64,000 bases of DNA from an uncultured Gemmatimonadales bacterium (GTDB lineage Bacteria > Gemmatimonadota > Gemmatimonadetes > Gemmatimonadales > GWC2-71-9), in the NCBI GenBank assembly GCA_963748815.1, contig CAVVKJ010000010.1:512001-576000 (forward strand). The letters are read 5' to 3'. Below the pieces are notes generated by a model, which worked only from the letters and a program-made list of their open reading frames with translations, was not told the DNA's origin and made no database searches. Positions 1 to 11,025 of this stretch are shown here, one piece after another. The position numbers were made by a program, and so were the translations under genes. Numbering within the stretch: the first letter of the stretch is position 1; the number at the start of each line of letters is the position of its first letter.

Positions 1-613
1 CCGGATTGTTCTTGGTCCGCCGCGAGAGGACCTGCATGACCCGGCGCACCTCCTCATCCCGTCCGATGACCGGATCGAGTTTCCCCTTCCGCGCCTGGTC
101 GGTGAGGTTGCGGGTGAACCGCTGCAGCGCCTGGTACTGATCTTCGGGGGACTGGTCGGAGACCCGATGCCCGCCGCGCACCCCCTCGAGCGCCTCGCGA
201 AGGACGTCGGCCGTGACTTCCTGTTCATTCAACAGGTTCCGCGCGGTCGTTCCCTTTTCGGCGGCCAGCCCGAGCATCAGGTGCTCGGTGGAGACGTAGG
301 CGTCCTTCAGGGCCTTGGCCTCCTCCTCCGCCCGGTCGAACACCTTGTGCAGTTCCCGACTGAACGTCGGCTCCCCGGTCGCCCCTTCCTGCCGGGGCAG
401 CCGCGCGAGCTCCCGCTCCACCTCCTCGCGGAGGGCGGCGATGTTCAAGCCGGCCTTCTGGAGGAGCGGCTGGACCACGCCTTCATCCTGCGCGAGGAGG
501 GCGGCGAAAAGGTGGGTGTCGTTGAGGACGGGGTTCCCGCGCCGCCGCGCATCCTCGGAGGCGTCGCGGAAGGCCTCCTGGGCCTTCAAGGTCAAGCGTT
601 CAGGTCTGAGCAT
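1..613 (-). CDS. clpB: ATP-dependent chaperone ClpB, N-terminal part (runs off the window edge)
   Basis: Manual minus-strand translation from ATG 613: [18 protein letters not shown]...[54 protein letters not shown], a Clp N-domain followed by the start of NBD1. Confidence 0.93.
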   Translation of the reverse strand, partial: MLRPERLTLKAQEAFRDASEDARRRGNPVLNDTHLFAALLAQDEGVVQPLLQKAGLNIAALREEVERELARLPRQEGATGEPTFSRELHKVFDRAEEEAKALKDAYVSTEHLMLGLAAEKGTTARNLLNEQEVTADVLREALEGVRGGHRVSDQSPEDQYQALQRFTRNLTDQARKGKLDPVIGRDEEVRRVMQVLSRRTKNNP

Positions 614-627
614 GCCGCACCACGAGG

Positions 628-642
628 GCAAGGGACATACCG
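628..642 (-). promoter_or_regulatory. Putative sigma54-type -24/-12 promoter for clpB
   Basis: Minus strand CGG-TATGTCCCTT-GC (GG-N10-GC ending in TTGC), 14 nt upstream of the ATG. Confidence 0.4.
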
Positions 643-682
643 GACAGTCCTGCCGTTCTGACAGCGGAATCCGGCCTCTTCA

Positions 683-720
683 ATAAAGCAACGAGGGACA
701 TTCACAGGGAATGTCCCTCG
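683..720 (-). terminator. Intrinsic terminator after the CTD-like gene
   Basis: Perfect 12-bp stem CGAGGGACATTC/GAATGTCCCTCG (692-703, 709-720) with a 5-nt loop, followed on the minus strand by TTGCTTTATT. Confidence 0.8.
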
Positions 721-733
721 CCGACTGCGCCGT

Positions 734-1171
734 TTACTGGGCTGGCTGATTTTCCTTGCGGACAATCATCTTCTTCACCTGACTCTGACCATCCACGGTC
801 AAACGGTAGTAGTACACCCCGGGCGTGACCTCCCGTTCCTCGTCCAGATAGCGGCCGCTCCAATAGGCCACATAGGACCCGCACTGGAGCCGGAGACCAC
901 GGACTCGCTCGCGCCCCCCGGTTTGGAGTTCCGGAACGGCGACCACCTGCACAAGTACGTTGTAGATCTCCAGAGTCACCAACGGCAGATGGCCATCGGT
1001 GCATGCCTCCCGTGTCAGTACGAACGGAATGGACGTGGCCGGGAAGAACGGGTTGGGGAAGTTGTCTCCGAGCTCAAAGGCCGGCTTGGGAGACGGGACC
1101 TGCGCGGAAGCGGGTGCCACCATCCCTGCCATGAGCCCGAGCAACAGCCCCGTCCAGGCACGGCCTGTCAT
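734..1171 (-). CDS. Secreted stand-alone T9SS C-terminal-sorting / FlgD-Ig-like domain protein
   Basis: Signal peptide (ASA-QV), then FELGDNFPNPF...LEIYNVLVQVV...YWSGR...PGVYYYRLTV...VKKMIV; GAGG RBS before ATG 1171 (alternative GTG 1183). Confidence 0.75.
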   Translation of the reverse strand: MTGRAWTGLLLGLMAGMVAPASAQVPSPKPAFELGDNFPNPFFPATSIPFVLTREACTDGHLPLVTLEIYNVLVQVVAVPELQTGGRERVRGLRLQCGSYVAYWSGRYLDEEREVTPGVYYYRLTVDGQSQVKKMIVRKENQPAQ

Positions 1172-1262
1172 ACGGAACCTCACTCGAACAAGGGTTGTGA
1201 AGCGGGTGGAAGCACCTCCGTCGAAGCGATTGATAGTGGAGCACTTACGCGATTTCAGCCTA

Positions 1263-1288
1263 AGTATGCGACCCCTTCAAGCACCGTG

Positions 1289-1292
<4 letters not shown>
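1263..1292 (-). promoter_or_regulatory. Putative sigma70 promoter for the CTD-like gene
   Basis: Minus strand TTGACA-N18-CATACT, overlapping the selB stop. Confidence 0.5.
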
Positions 1293-3121
<1,829 letters not shown>

Positions 3122-3125
<4 letters not shown>

Positions 3126-3883
3126 GCCGTCACCCAGGGCCGCTCTTCCCAGAAGGCGATGGCGGGCATCGCTCCTCCCTCGGCGAGGTGGTGCCGGAGA
3201 AACCGCGCGAAGAGCCGTCGGTGGGAGGCCGCGTGCCGCTCATCGAGCACCGGGAGGTCCGCGCCGGCGGCCACCAACGCCTCGAGATCGCGGCGATCGG
3301 CCACGGACAGCGACGTGATCCCCTGCCCTTCGCTGCAGCGCGCGCAGAGCCCGCCCCCTTCGGCGGCGCTGAAGCGGAGCGGCGCCTCGGCGGGAAGCGG
3401 CACCCCGTCTCGCGCGCAGCGGTCGAGCGCTGGCGCAAACCCCAGCACGCTCACCAGACGCCACAGCATGCGAAGCCCAAGGACCTCGATCGCCTCGGCC
3501 GGTGCAGTCTCGAGCACGGTCAGCGCCCCGCTCAGCAGGTCATAACTGTCGGGATGGGATTCCGCAGGCGAGAATCGCCAGGCGACCTCCCCGATGGCCG
3601 CGGCCGCGGCAAAGCGTGGAAGGTCCGTGGCCAACCCGGTGCGGAGGCTGGTCAGGTCGAAGGCGGCAAGGGTCTGGAGATCGCGGGTGTCCTTCAGGTA
3701 GAGATGCGCGACCCCTTCGCTCAGGAGCTGGAGCGAGGCGCCAAAGCGGCTCCGGGGCCGGAGCGCCCCCTTGGCGAGTGCGCTCCGGACGCCGAGGTCC
3801 CGGGTGGCGAGGCGGACGATCTTCGAGGTGTCCCCATAGCGGAGCGCGCCCAGGATGATCGCGGGAGTCGTGATGGGGGCCAT
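3122..3883 (-). CDS. recO: DNA repair protein RecO
   Basis: YGDTSKIVRLATRDLG..AKGALRPRSRFGASLQ OB-fold; GFAPALDRCARDG...GGLCARC zinc-finger region. Confidence 0.92.
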
Positions 3884-3889
3884 CCCCGC

Positions 3890-3895
3890 AATCTA
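3890..3895 (-). promoter_or_regulatory. Putative -10 element for a leaderless recO-selB transcript
   Basis: TAGATT-N6-ATG; the TAG is the upstream gene's stop codon; no SD. Confidence 0.45.
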
Positions 3896-4942
3896 CTCCA
3901 CAGGAATCAGGGTGACGGCCGATCCGATGGCGCAGCTGCCGAGGGGAACGACCGTCCGCTGGGTGAGGTCCGGCCGAAGCACGTGCGCCTCGCCCCCTGC
4001 CCCGCCGCCGCACCCCGCCGAAATCGCGTAGATCCGGCCGTCGGAGTCCACCGCGACGCCGGAGTTGTCCGGAATAGGGATGCCGTCGCCCGCGCCGAGC
4101 ACCAGGGTGCGGGTCACGATGTCGAACTCCATCAGCCCTTCGCTGAACGAACTGATGAAGAGGCGGTCGCCGCCGTCGGTGGCGATATCCCCGGGCCCGG
4201 GGCCAATGCCGCCGAAGTTGGCCAGCTCGACCCGCGCCACCGGGTCGACGATCGAGAGCCGTCCGTCGTCGACGTAGTTGCCGACGTTCACCACGTAGAT
4301 CCGCCCGTCCCCGGCCACCACCGCGAACTGGGGGTTGCCGGGGGCGGGCAGCGGAATCGAGTCGATGCCGGTCGCCTTGGCGTTGGTGAGCGGATCGATC
4401 ACCGTGATCCACCCCGGCCCGGCGACGGCGTAGTTGACGAGGTTGCCATTGAGCACGAACACCTTGCCGCGGGTGGCGACGACGCCCTGCGGATACACGC
4501 CGACCGCCACGCTCGCCGTGTCGCCCGTCAGGTAGTTGATCCGGGTGACCGTGTTGAGTCCCGGATTCGCGACGTAGGCGATCGAGTCGTCCACGATGGC
4601 CGAGCCGGTGGCGAACGACCCGTTGGCGAGGGGAATCACGCGAGAGATCGCGCCGGCGGTGAGGTCGACCACGGTGGCGGCGTGGTCCAGCCCCATCGGC
4701 ACGACGGCATACCCGCGGAGCGCCGAGACGCCGACCGGGGTCGGCGTGGTGCCGCCAAGCGGAATGGTGTAGGTCGAGCCGGTGGCGTTCACCGGCACGA
4801 CGCTGAGCGACGACTCGAGCGAATTGACCACGAGCACCACTTCGGACGGCGCCGGCAGCGGCGCCTCAGGGTCGGCGCAGCCCGCGGCGAGGACCGCGAA
4901 TCCGCCGGCGGCCAGGACGCGGAGGCGAGGGGACATCATCAT
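3893..4942 (-). CDS. YncE-like beta-propeller lipoprotein, putative BtuG-like cobalamin-capture protein
   Basis: Lipobox LAAG-C; repeated blades (VLVVNS, AYVANPG, VFVLNG, IYVVNVG, LFISSF, IYAIS); ATGA-coupled to the TonB receptor. Confidence 0.72.
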   Translation of the reverse strand: MMMSPRLRVLAAGGFAVLAAGCADPEAPLPAPSEVVLVVNSLESSLSVVPVNATGSTYTIPLGGTTPTPVGVSALRGYAVVPMGLDHAATVVDLTAGAISRVIPLANGSFATGSAIVDDSIAYVANPGLNTVTRINYLTGDTASVAVGVYPQGVVATRGKVFVLNGNLVNYAVAGPGWITVIDPLTNAKATGIDSIPLPAPGNPQFAVVAGDGRIYVVNVGNYVDDGRLSIVDPVARVELANFGGIGPGPGDIATDGGDRLFISSFSEGLMEFDIVTRTLVLGAGDGIPIPDNSGVAVDSDGRIYAISAGCGGGAGGEAHVLRPDLTQRTVVPLGSCAIGSAVTLIPVE

Positions 4943-6987
4943 TGCCACTCCAGTGCGATTGAGAAGGTCGCCGTGCGCCCCGGCGTGGGGTAGCCAGCGA
5001 GGAATTCTGCCCGTTCGTCAAAGAGATCCCGCACGTCGGCCCGCACCGTCGCGGTCCCGATCGTGCGCTCGAGGCCGACGTCCAGCACGCCGTAGGCCGG
5101 TCGCGGATTCACGCCGCCCGGATTCGGATAGCGGACGCCGATCCATCGCCACCGGGTGTCGGCGCCCCAGCCACCCGCGGTCCACCCTGCGGTGGCGCCC
5201 CACGTTCCCACCGGGCGGTACTGGACCTGCGCGCCGCCGGGCACGTCATAGGTAATCGGCGTCCAGGCGCCTTGCACGGCAAGCGTCAGCGAAGGGGGCA
5301 GCCGGACGCTCAGTGACCCATCCAGGCCGCGCCGAATCACGTCGTAGTTGCGCGGACTCCAGATGAATCCGACGCCCGGCGCCCAGAGGATCAGGTCCTC
5401 GACACGCCCATAGTATCCGCGGAGCGAGGCCGAAACGGGAGCGCCGAAGAGGGATCCGTCCCGGCTCGCGCCGAGCTCGACCTCCCACGCCACCCGCTCC
5501 GGCCTCAGGTCAGGGTTGAGCGCCACCCCGACGCCCTCGCGAAAGAAGAGGTCGGACAACGGCGGCGCGGACACCGCGGAACCGACCGAGGCGTGCAGGG
5601 CGGTCCCCCCGCGCTGCCACCCGGCATCCAGCCGCGCGCTGCCGAACGGCGTCGACTCGCCGGTCCACCAGTCGAGCCGCAGGCTCGGCGTCAACGACCA
5701 GGGGGAGGAGTCCGAAGGCCGGACGGTCCCGGTGGCCCGGAGTCCCCCACGGGAGAAGTCGGTCCCTTCCCGTACCACATCACCCTGGTAGGCGTCGTGA
5801 CGCGCGGCCGCGCCGAGTTCCGCCGTGCCGTCCCAGCCCCCAACGGAAATCGGCACTCCCAGCGCCCAGTCGAGCGTCCCGCTCCAGCCGTCCGTCTGGA
5901 CATCATAGGCCGGGCCGGAAGGCGGCGCGGGATCGGACGCTGCGGTGCTGAGGTACTGGATCGAACCCCGCCAACTGGAGACGCCAGGAATCGAGATGCC
6001 GAGGAAGGCGGACAGGTCGTCCGCGCTGGCGTTGGGTGTCTCGTTCCCGACCGGCCCCGGCAGGCCCCGGTGCGAAACACTCGCCCGTCCCTGCACTGCC
6101 ACGCGCCCCGCGGTACGGAACGAGAGCGATCCGATGGTGCCACCGGCGTTCACCCGCTCCGCCTCGCCGCCGCCGCGGTTGACCGGCACGAGGTAGGCGA
6201 AGCCGTCCGCCAGACTCTCGCCTCTCACAAAGAAGCGCGTCCCGGCAATCGCCCCGGACAGCGACCCGCCGACCGAGCCGTGGCTTCCCACCCAGCCGAA
6301 GGCGGTCGGCGGTGCTACCGCGGCCCTGACTTCGAATGTCGATGACCCCGCCCACCGCCGTCCCTGCGGCGCCGGCGGATTGCGCCCCGGCGCGCACCCG
6401 GACCGATGCGACATCCTGCGTGGACAGCCGGCTGAGGTCGGCTCGGCCGGTCAGCGGGTCGTTGATGGCGAATCCGTCGACCAGCACGATCACTTCCTCG
6501 GGCGCGCTCCCCCGCACCTGGGGCGCCGCCGGGCCGTTCCCGCCGCTGCGCCGTACCACCACGCCCTCCCACCCATCGATGGCGGAGGCGAGGTCGGTGC
6601 CCCGCCGCACGAGGGCCGGTGGTCCAGTGTCGCGCCCGAATCCGCCGACGCCCGGATGGTGATGTCTGGAAGCACGGGCGCGGTGGCCACGAGCCGGACC
6701 GTCCGCTCGAGCTCCAGCCCGGCCGGCAGGTCGATCTGCTCGCGCGACGGGCGATACCCGATCGCGGTCACGACGAGAAGCGCGGCGCCCGCCGCCAACC
6801 CACCGAGGCCGAATCGACCGTCGGAGGCCGTCTGCGTCGATTGCCCGCTGAGTTCCACGCGGGCAGCGCCGATCGGGGCACCGGAGGCGGCATCCACCAC
6901 GCGCCCGCGGATGGTGGCCGGCCCCTGTGCCGCCACCAGCTGCGGCGCGCAGAGGATCGCGGCCGAGAGGGCGACGAGTGCTCTCAT
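4939..6987 (-). CDS. btuB: TonB-dependent receptor, probable cobalamin receptor BtuB (frameshifts near 6620 and 6330)
   Basis: Signal peptide plus carboxypeptidase-regulatory-like domain (IRGRVVDAASGAPI); plug QVRGSAPEEVIVLVDG...GGVIDIRS; barrel NPDLRPE...VRDLFDE..YPTPGRT..LEWQ; lies in the B12 riboswitch operon. Confidence 0.8.
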
Positions 6988-7778
6988 CGACCGGCCCCGT
7001 CGCCCGGGCGGAGCGGCACCACCTGCGGCGCGCCATCGCGCCATGGGGAGACCGCCACCGGCCATTGAAAGACGCCGGAGAGCAGCTCCTCCCGGAGCAC
7101 CTCGGTCGGCGTCCCGTGTGCCACCCGCGTTCCCTCGTTGAGGAGCAGCAACTCGTCGGCGTATCGCGCGGCCAGGTTCAGGTGGTGCGTGATGACCATC
7201 GCCCCGAGCCCGCCATCGGCCAGCGCACGCACCAGTTCGAAGACCTCCATCTCGTGCCGGACATCGAGCGCCACGGTCGGCTCATCGAGGAGGAGCGCCT
7301 CCGGTTCCTGCGCCAGGGCGCGCGCGACACGCACCCGCTGCCACTCGCCGCCGGACAGGGTCTCGGTTCGGCGGTGCCGCAGCGACCAGGCGTCACATCG
7401 CTCGAGGGCGTGCCGCACCGCGGCGCGGTCCCGCTCGCCGGCGGCCGACAACGGTCCGAGCCGGGCGTACCGCGCCATGAGTACCGTGTCCTCGACCCCG
7501 AGCGGGAAGAGAATCTCCTCGCGCTGGCTCACCACGCCGAGCACCGTCGCGATGTCTCTCCGGCGCCATGCGGCAAGCGGCCGCCCCTTGAGCGACACCG
7601 ACCCCGTCTCCAGGCCGGTGAGTCCGAGCAGGGCGCGAAGCAGCGTCGACTTGCCGCTCCCGTTGGGTCCGACGACGGCGAGGAGCCGGCCCGGCGCGAC
7701 GTCGCAACTGACCTGCTGCAGCGCGGGCCGAGCGGCGCCCGGGTAGCGGACCGTCAGGTCGACTCCGTGGAGGATCAT
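6984..7778 (-). CDS. btuD: Cobalamin/siderophore ABC transporter ATP-binding protein (BtuD-like)
   Basis: GPNGSGKST, LSGGEWQRVRVARALAQEP, LLLDEPT, H-loop ITHHLNLAARYAD. Confidence 0.85.
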   Translation of the reverse strand: MILHGVDLTVRYPGAARPALQQVSCDVAPGRLLAVVGPNGSGKSTLLRALLGLTGLETGSVSLKGRPLAAWRRRDIATVLGVVSQREEILFPLGVEDTVLMARYARLGPLSAAGERDRAAVRHALERCDAWSLRHRRTETLSGGEWQRVRVARALAQEPEALLLDEPTVALDVRHEMEVFELVRALADGGLGAMVITHHLNLAARYADELLLLNEGTRVAHGTPTEVLREELLSGVFQWPVAVSPWRDGAPQVVPLRPGDGAGR

Positions 7779-8749
7779 CGCAGCGATCTCCGCAGCTGCA
7801 TCGCGAAGATCGGCACGCCGATCAGCGCGGTGAGCACGCCCACCGGCAGTTCGAGGGGGCGGAAGAGGCTCCGGGCCAGGAGATCGGAAAGCACCAGGAA
7901 GGCCCCACCGGCCAGAAATGCCGCCGGCAGGAGGGAGCGGTGCAATGGCCCGCCCCAGCGCCGCATGACGTGGGGGACGACCAGCCCGACGAATCCGATG
8001 ATGCCGGAGACGGCGACCGCGGCCCCGGTCAACGCCGCCACCGAGAGATAGACGCGGCGCTTGAGGACTTCGACGTCGGCGCCCAGGTGCTGCGCGTTCT
8101 CCTCGCCGAGGGTCAGCAGGTCCAGCCCGCGCGCGCTGCCCCAGAGGATGCCGAGCGGCAGCAGGCCGTACGCGGCGAACACCGACACCGTCAGCCAGGA
8201 CGCCATCCCGAAACCGCCAAGGAGCCAGAGCATCGCGCTGCGGAGCTCGGCCGCCGGGGCGAGGATGATGACGGCACTCATCAGGGAGCCGGCAAAGGCG
8301 CCGATGACGACTCCGCCGAGGAGCAGAATGTGCGGATCGAGCCGCCGTCCGGTCACGACGCTCAGGCGGTAGACGATCGCCACGGCACCGAGCGCGCCGA
8401 CGAAGGCCGCCAGCGGCACGGCCCATGGACCGCCGAGATGCAGCGCGATTGCGATGACGGCACCGAGTCCCGCGCCGCCGGACAACCCGACGAGGTAGGG
8501 GTCGGCGAGCGGGTTCCGGACCAGGGCCTGGAGCGCGGCGCCCGCCACCGACAGGGCGCCGCCGACGAGAAATGCGAGCAGGACGCGGGGCATCCGCAGG
8601 AACCGGATCAGGGCGGCGTCGCCGGTCGGCGCGCGGCCCAGCGCGCCGGCGAGGCCGTCCCATCCGACGTCGACCGCGCCGAGCGACAACCCGGTGAGAA
8701 TGATCAGCGCCGTCACGACGAGGAGCGTCGCCCACCGGGCGGTCGTCAC
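7775..8749 (-). CDS. btuC: Cobalamin ABC transporter permease (FecCD/BtuC family)
   Basis: LRMPRVLLA, QALVRNPLADPYLVGLSGGA, GIIGFVGLVVPH, ELPVGVLTALIGVP; GTGA overlap. Confidence 0.88.
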   Translation of the reverse strand: MTTARWATLLVVTALIILTGLSLGAVDVGWDGLAGALGRAPTGDAALIRFLRMPRVLLAFLVGGALSVAGAALQALVRNPLADPYLVGLSGGAGLGAVIAIALHLGGPWAVPLAAFVGALGAVAIVYRLSVVTGRRLDPHILLLGGVVIGAFAGSLMSAVIILAPAAELRSAMLWLLGGFGMASWLTVSVFAAYGLLPLGILWGSARGLDLLTLGEENAQHLGADVEVLKRRVYLSVAALTGAAVAVSGIIGFVGLVVPHVMRRWGGPLHRSLLPAAFLAGGAFLVLSDLLARSLFRPLELPVGVLTALIGVPIFAMQLRRSLR

Positions 8750-9642
8750 GAGGCCGGTTCTTCGCGGAGCGCAGCCGCCAGCACCCGCAGGGCCTCCGGG
8801 CTTCGCGGACTGGGCCGGCTGAACAGCGCCGCCGGGACCCGCACGAATCGGCCGGCGCGCACGGCGGGCACCGCCTGCCACTCAGAGCGGTGCGCGTAGG
8901 CGGGGAGGCTGTCGCCGAGGACCAGCACGACATCCGTCGGCCGGCTCGCGATCGCCTCGAGGCTCACCGGCGCCGAGGGCGCCGGAAGGTCCGCGAAGAC
9001 GTTCCGTCCACCGGCGCGATCGACCAGTTCGCTGAGGAAGCTCCCTGCCCCGATGGCGATCGGCGGCTGGTCCCAAGCGAGGACGAGCACCTGGATGGGG
9101 TTCGCCGAGCCCGGGACGGTGGCGCTCGCGAGCGCCGAGTCGAACCATTGCGCGAGGCTGTCCCCCGCCGGCCCCTCTCCGGCGAGGGGGGCAAGGAGTC
9201 GCGCGAGCCGCGGGACGTCCGCGAGATGATCGGTGGTGACCAGCAGTGTCGGGATCCGCTGCGCGCGGAGCCGGTCGGCGGCGGCGACGTTCTGGCTCGA
9301 GTTGTAGAGCACCACGAGGTCGGGTCGCGCCGCGACAATCGCCTCGAGGTTTGGCTGGAGCCCGTCGCCGAGGTTCGGCACCGCGAGCGCGGCCACGGGG
9401 TAGTCACACCAGGTGGTGCGCCCCACGACGCGATCGCCGACGCCGAGCGCAAAGAGCAATTCGGTGGTGGCGGGAATCAGCGAGACGATACGCGTGGCGG
9501 GGAGGGCGAGGCGCACCGTGTCGCCGAGATCGTCGACGGCGAGGATCGGACGGTCGATGCTCGGCCGCTCAGCGCCCACGCACCCGCCCACCCCGAGGAG
9601 GAGTGCCAGGAGGAGCGAGGCGCTTCGTCGGCTGCTGGCCAA
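8746..9642 (-). CDS. btuF: Cobalamin ABC transporter substrate-binding lipoprotein (BtuF-like)
   Basis: DDLGDTVRL..PATRIVSLIPATTELLFALG..VVGRTTWCDYP, PNLEAIVAARPDLV; lipobox VGG-C; start taken as TTG 9642 (uncertain). Confidence 0.85.
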   Translation of the reverse strand: MASSRRSASLLLALLLGVGGCVGAERPSIDRPILAVDDLGDTVRLALPATRIVSLIPATTELLFALGVGDRVVGRTTWCDYPVAALAVPNLGDGLQPNLEAIVAARPDLVVLYNSSQNVAAADRLRAQRIPTLLVTTDHLADVPRLARLLAPLAGEGPAGDSLAQWFDSALASATVPGSANPIQVLVLAWDQPPIAIGAGSFLSELVDRAGGRNVFADLPAPSAPVSLEAIASRPTDVVLVLGDSLPAYAHRSEWQAVPAVRAGRFVRVPAALFSRPSPRSPEALRVLAAALREEPAS

Positions 9643-9643
9643 G

Positions 9644-9680
9644 AAAAACCGCCCATATCCGGGAGGGCGGCGATGGGCGG
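9644..9680 (-). terminator. Riboswitch-controlled intrinsic terminator (attenuator)
   Basis: Minus strand CCGCCCAT...ATGGGCGG stem (alternative 5' arm CCGCCC) followed by TTTTTC, immediately before btuF. Confidence 0.7.
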
Positions 9681-9742
9681 GACTCGGCGACAAACAGCCG
9701 GGGCACGCCACCCGTCCCTCCCCCGAGGGAACCTGTGGTGGC

Positions 9743-9885
9743 GCGAACGAAGAGGTCTCCTGGCTTCGGGCCTCCGCTCGCCTTCCCGGTTTCCCAGTGG
9801 CGTCGTGAGCGGAGTGAAGTGCCCGTTACAGTGGCGGGGCCGCGCCGGAATTGCACCGGCTTCCGAAAATCGTCGTTCGCCTGCG
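9743..9885 (-). ncRNA. Cobalamin riboswitch aptamer
   Basis: Minus strand GGAA-GCCGGTGCAATTCCGGC-GCGGCCCCGCCACTGTAA...GCCACTGGGAAACCGGGAAGG...GAAGCCAGGAGACCT (B12 box), upstream of a Btu operon. Confidence 0.95.
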
Positions 9886-9906
9886 ATCAATTGTGACTGG
9901 CGCAAG

Positions 9907-11025
9907 CTAGGGTCGGGAACGCCCTCCGGCAAGGGCCGCCGACTTGAGCCGTGTCCGCTCCTTCTCGTACGCCGCCCATTCCTCCGGGGACACCTGCCCC
10001 TGCCTCCCGGCGTACTTCGTGTCGAGCCGCGCGAGTGCCTCGACCAGGTTGCCGTCGCCGGCTGCCGCGAGCTTCCCGCCTGACTGGCGGGCCCGCCGGA
10101 AGGCCAGCACGCCGCCTCCGAAGAGGAGGAGGCCCATCGCGCCGACCAGCCAGTAGAGCGCCCGGTGCAAGCCCCCGGTACCGGACGGGAATTTGACCAC
10201 ACCGGGTCCTCCCGTCGGGGGGGCGGCGGTCCACCGCCGGAGGGTGCTCCCCATCAATTCGACCGGTGCGGCGGGAGACAGTCCTGCGCCGCGCACCTGG
10301 GCCGCCGCCTCCTCGACGAGGATATCGAATGAATCCACCGGCGCCAGCCACTCCGCCTGGTCGATCGCCACCGGGAGGCGGTAGCTCACCATGATGTTCT
10401 TCCGGCCGGGAGCGACCGGCGCGAGCAGGTGCAGGGTGTCGCCGAGGAACCGGACCGCTGTGGGGCTCACATCGCCTTCCTGCACTTCGGGCTGGAGGGC
10501 GCCCGCCGGGAGGAGCACCTGCCAGGAAGGCGCGAGCGTATCCCTCCCGATCCGGGTGTCCGGCCCGTCGTTCACGATCGAGAGGAGGTCCAGCACCGCG
10601 CGGGTGCCCGACTCGTCGGGGGGCCGGACGATGACGTGGCGCGCCCCGAGGCGCACCGGGGCGGCCGACGATGTGTCGGAAACCAGCAACCGGACCCCGC
10701 CGGCGCCCGGCGGACGCATCGGCTCGCTGAAATACTCGATCCCGGCGTACCGGGCGCTCACGAGATAGATGGCGGTGGTGTCGCCGGTGGTGCGGAACCG
10801 GAATCGGCCATCGGCGCCGGAACGGACGGAATCGACGGCGCCCTGCTCCGTGCGGTTGAGCCGGTGCAGCGTGATCGCGACGCCGGCCGCGGGGACGGTA
10901 TCGCCGCCCTGGATGCGGACCGTGGAGCCGGTGATGCTGAGGGGAAGCTGCGCGGCGAGCGGCGCCGCCGTCAGGAGGAGCCAGCCTGCGAGTCCGGCGG
11001 CGCGGCTACGGATTGAAGCGGCCAA
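9907..11025 (-). CDS. Hypothetical membrane-anchored protein with a carboxypeptidase-regulatory-like Ig domain
   Basis: Signal peptide (LAA-QLP), ITGSTV...SGADGRFRF..YLVSARYAGIEY, one TM helix (LYWLVGAMGLLLFGGGVLAF), helical C-tail; start uncertain. Confidence 0.65.
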   Translation of the reverse strand: MAASIRSRAAGLAGWLLLTAAPLAAQLPLSITGSTVRIQGGDTVPAAGVAITLHRLNRTEQGAVDSVRSGADGRFRFRTTGDTTAIYLVSARYAGIEYFSEPMRPPGAGGVRLLVSDTSSAAPVRLGARHVIVRPPDESGTRAVLDLLSIVNDGPDTRIGRDTLAPSWQVLLPAGALQPEVQEGDVSPTAVRFLGDTLHLLAPVAPGRKNIMVSYRLPVAIDQAEWLAPVDSFDILVEEAAAQVRGAGLSPAAPVELMGSTLRRWTAAPPTGGPGVVKFPSGTGGLHRALYWLVGAMGLLLFGGGVLAFRRARQSGGKLAAAGDGNLVEALARLDTKYAGRQGQVSPEEWAAYEKERTRLKSAALAGGRSRP

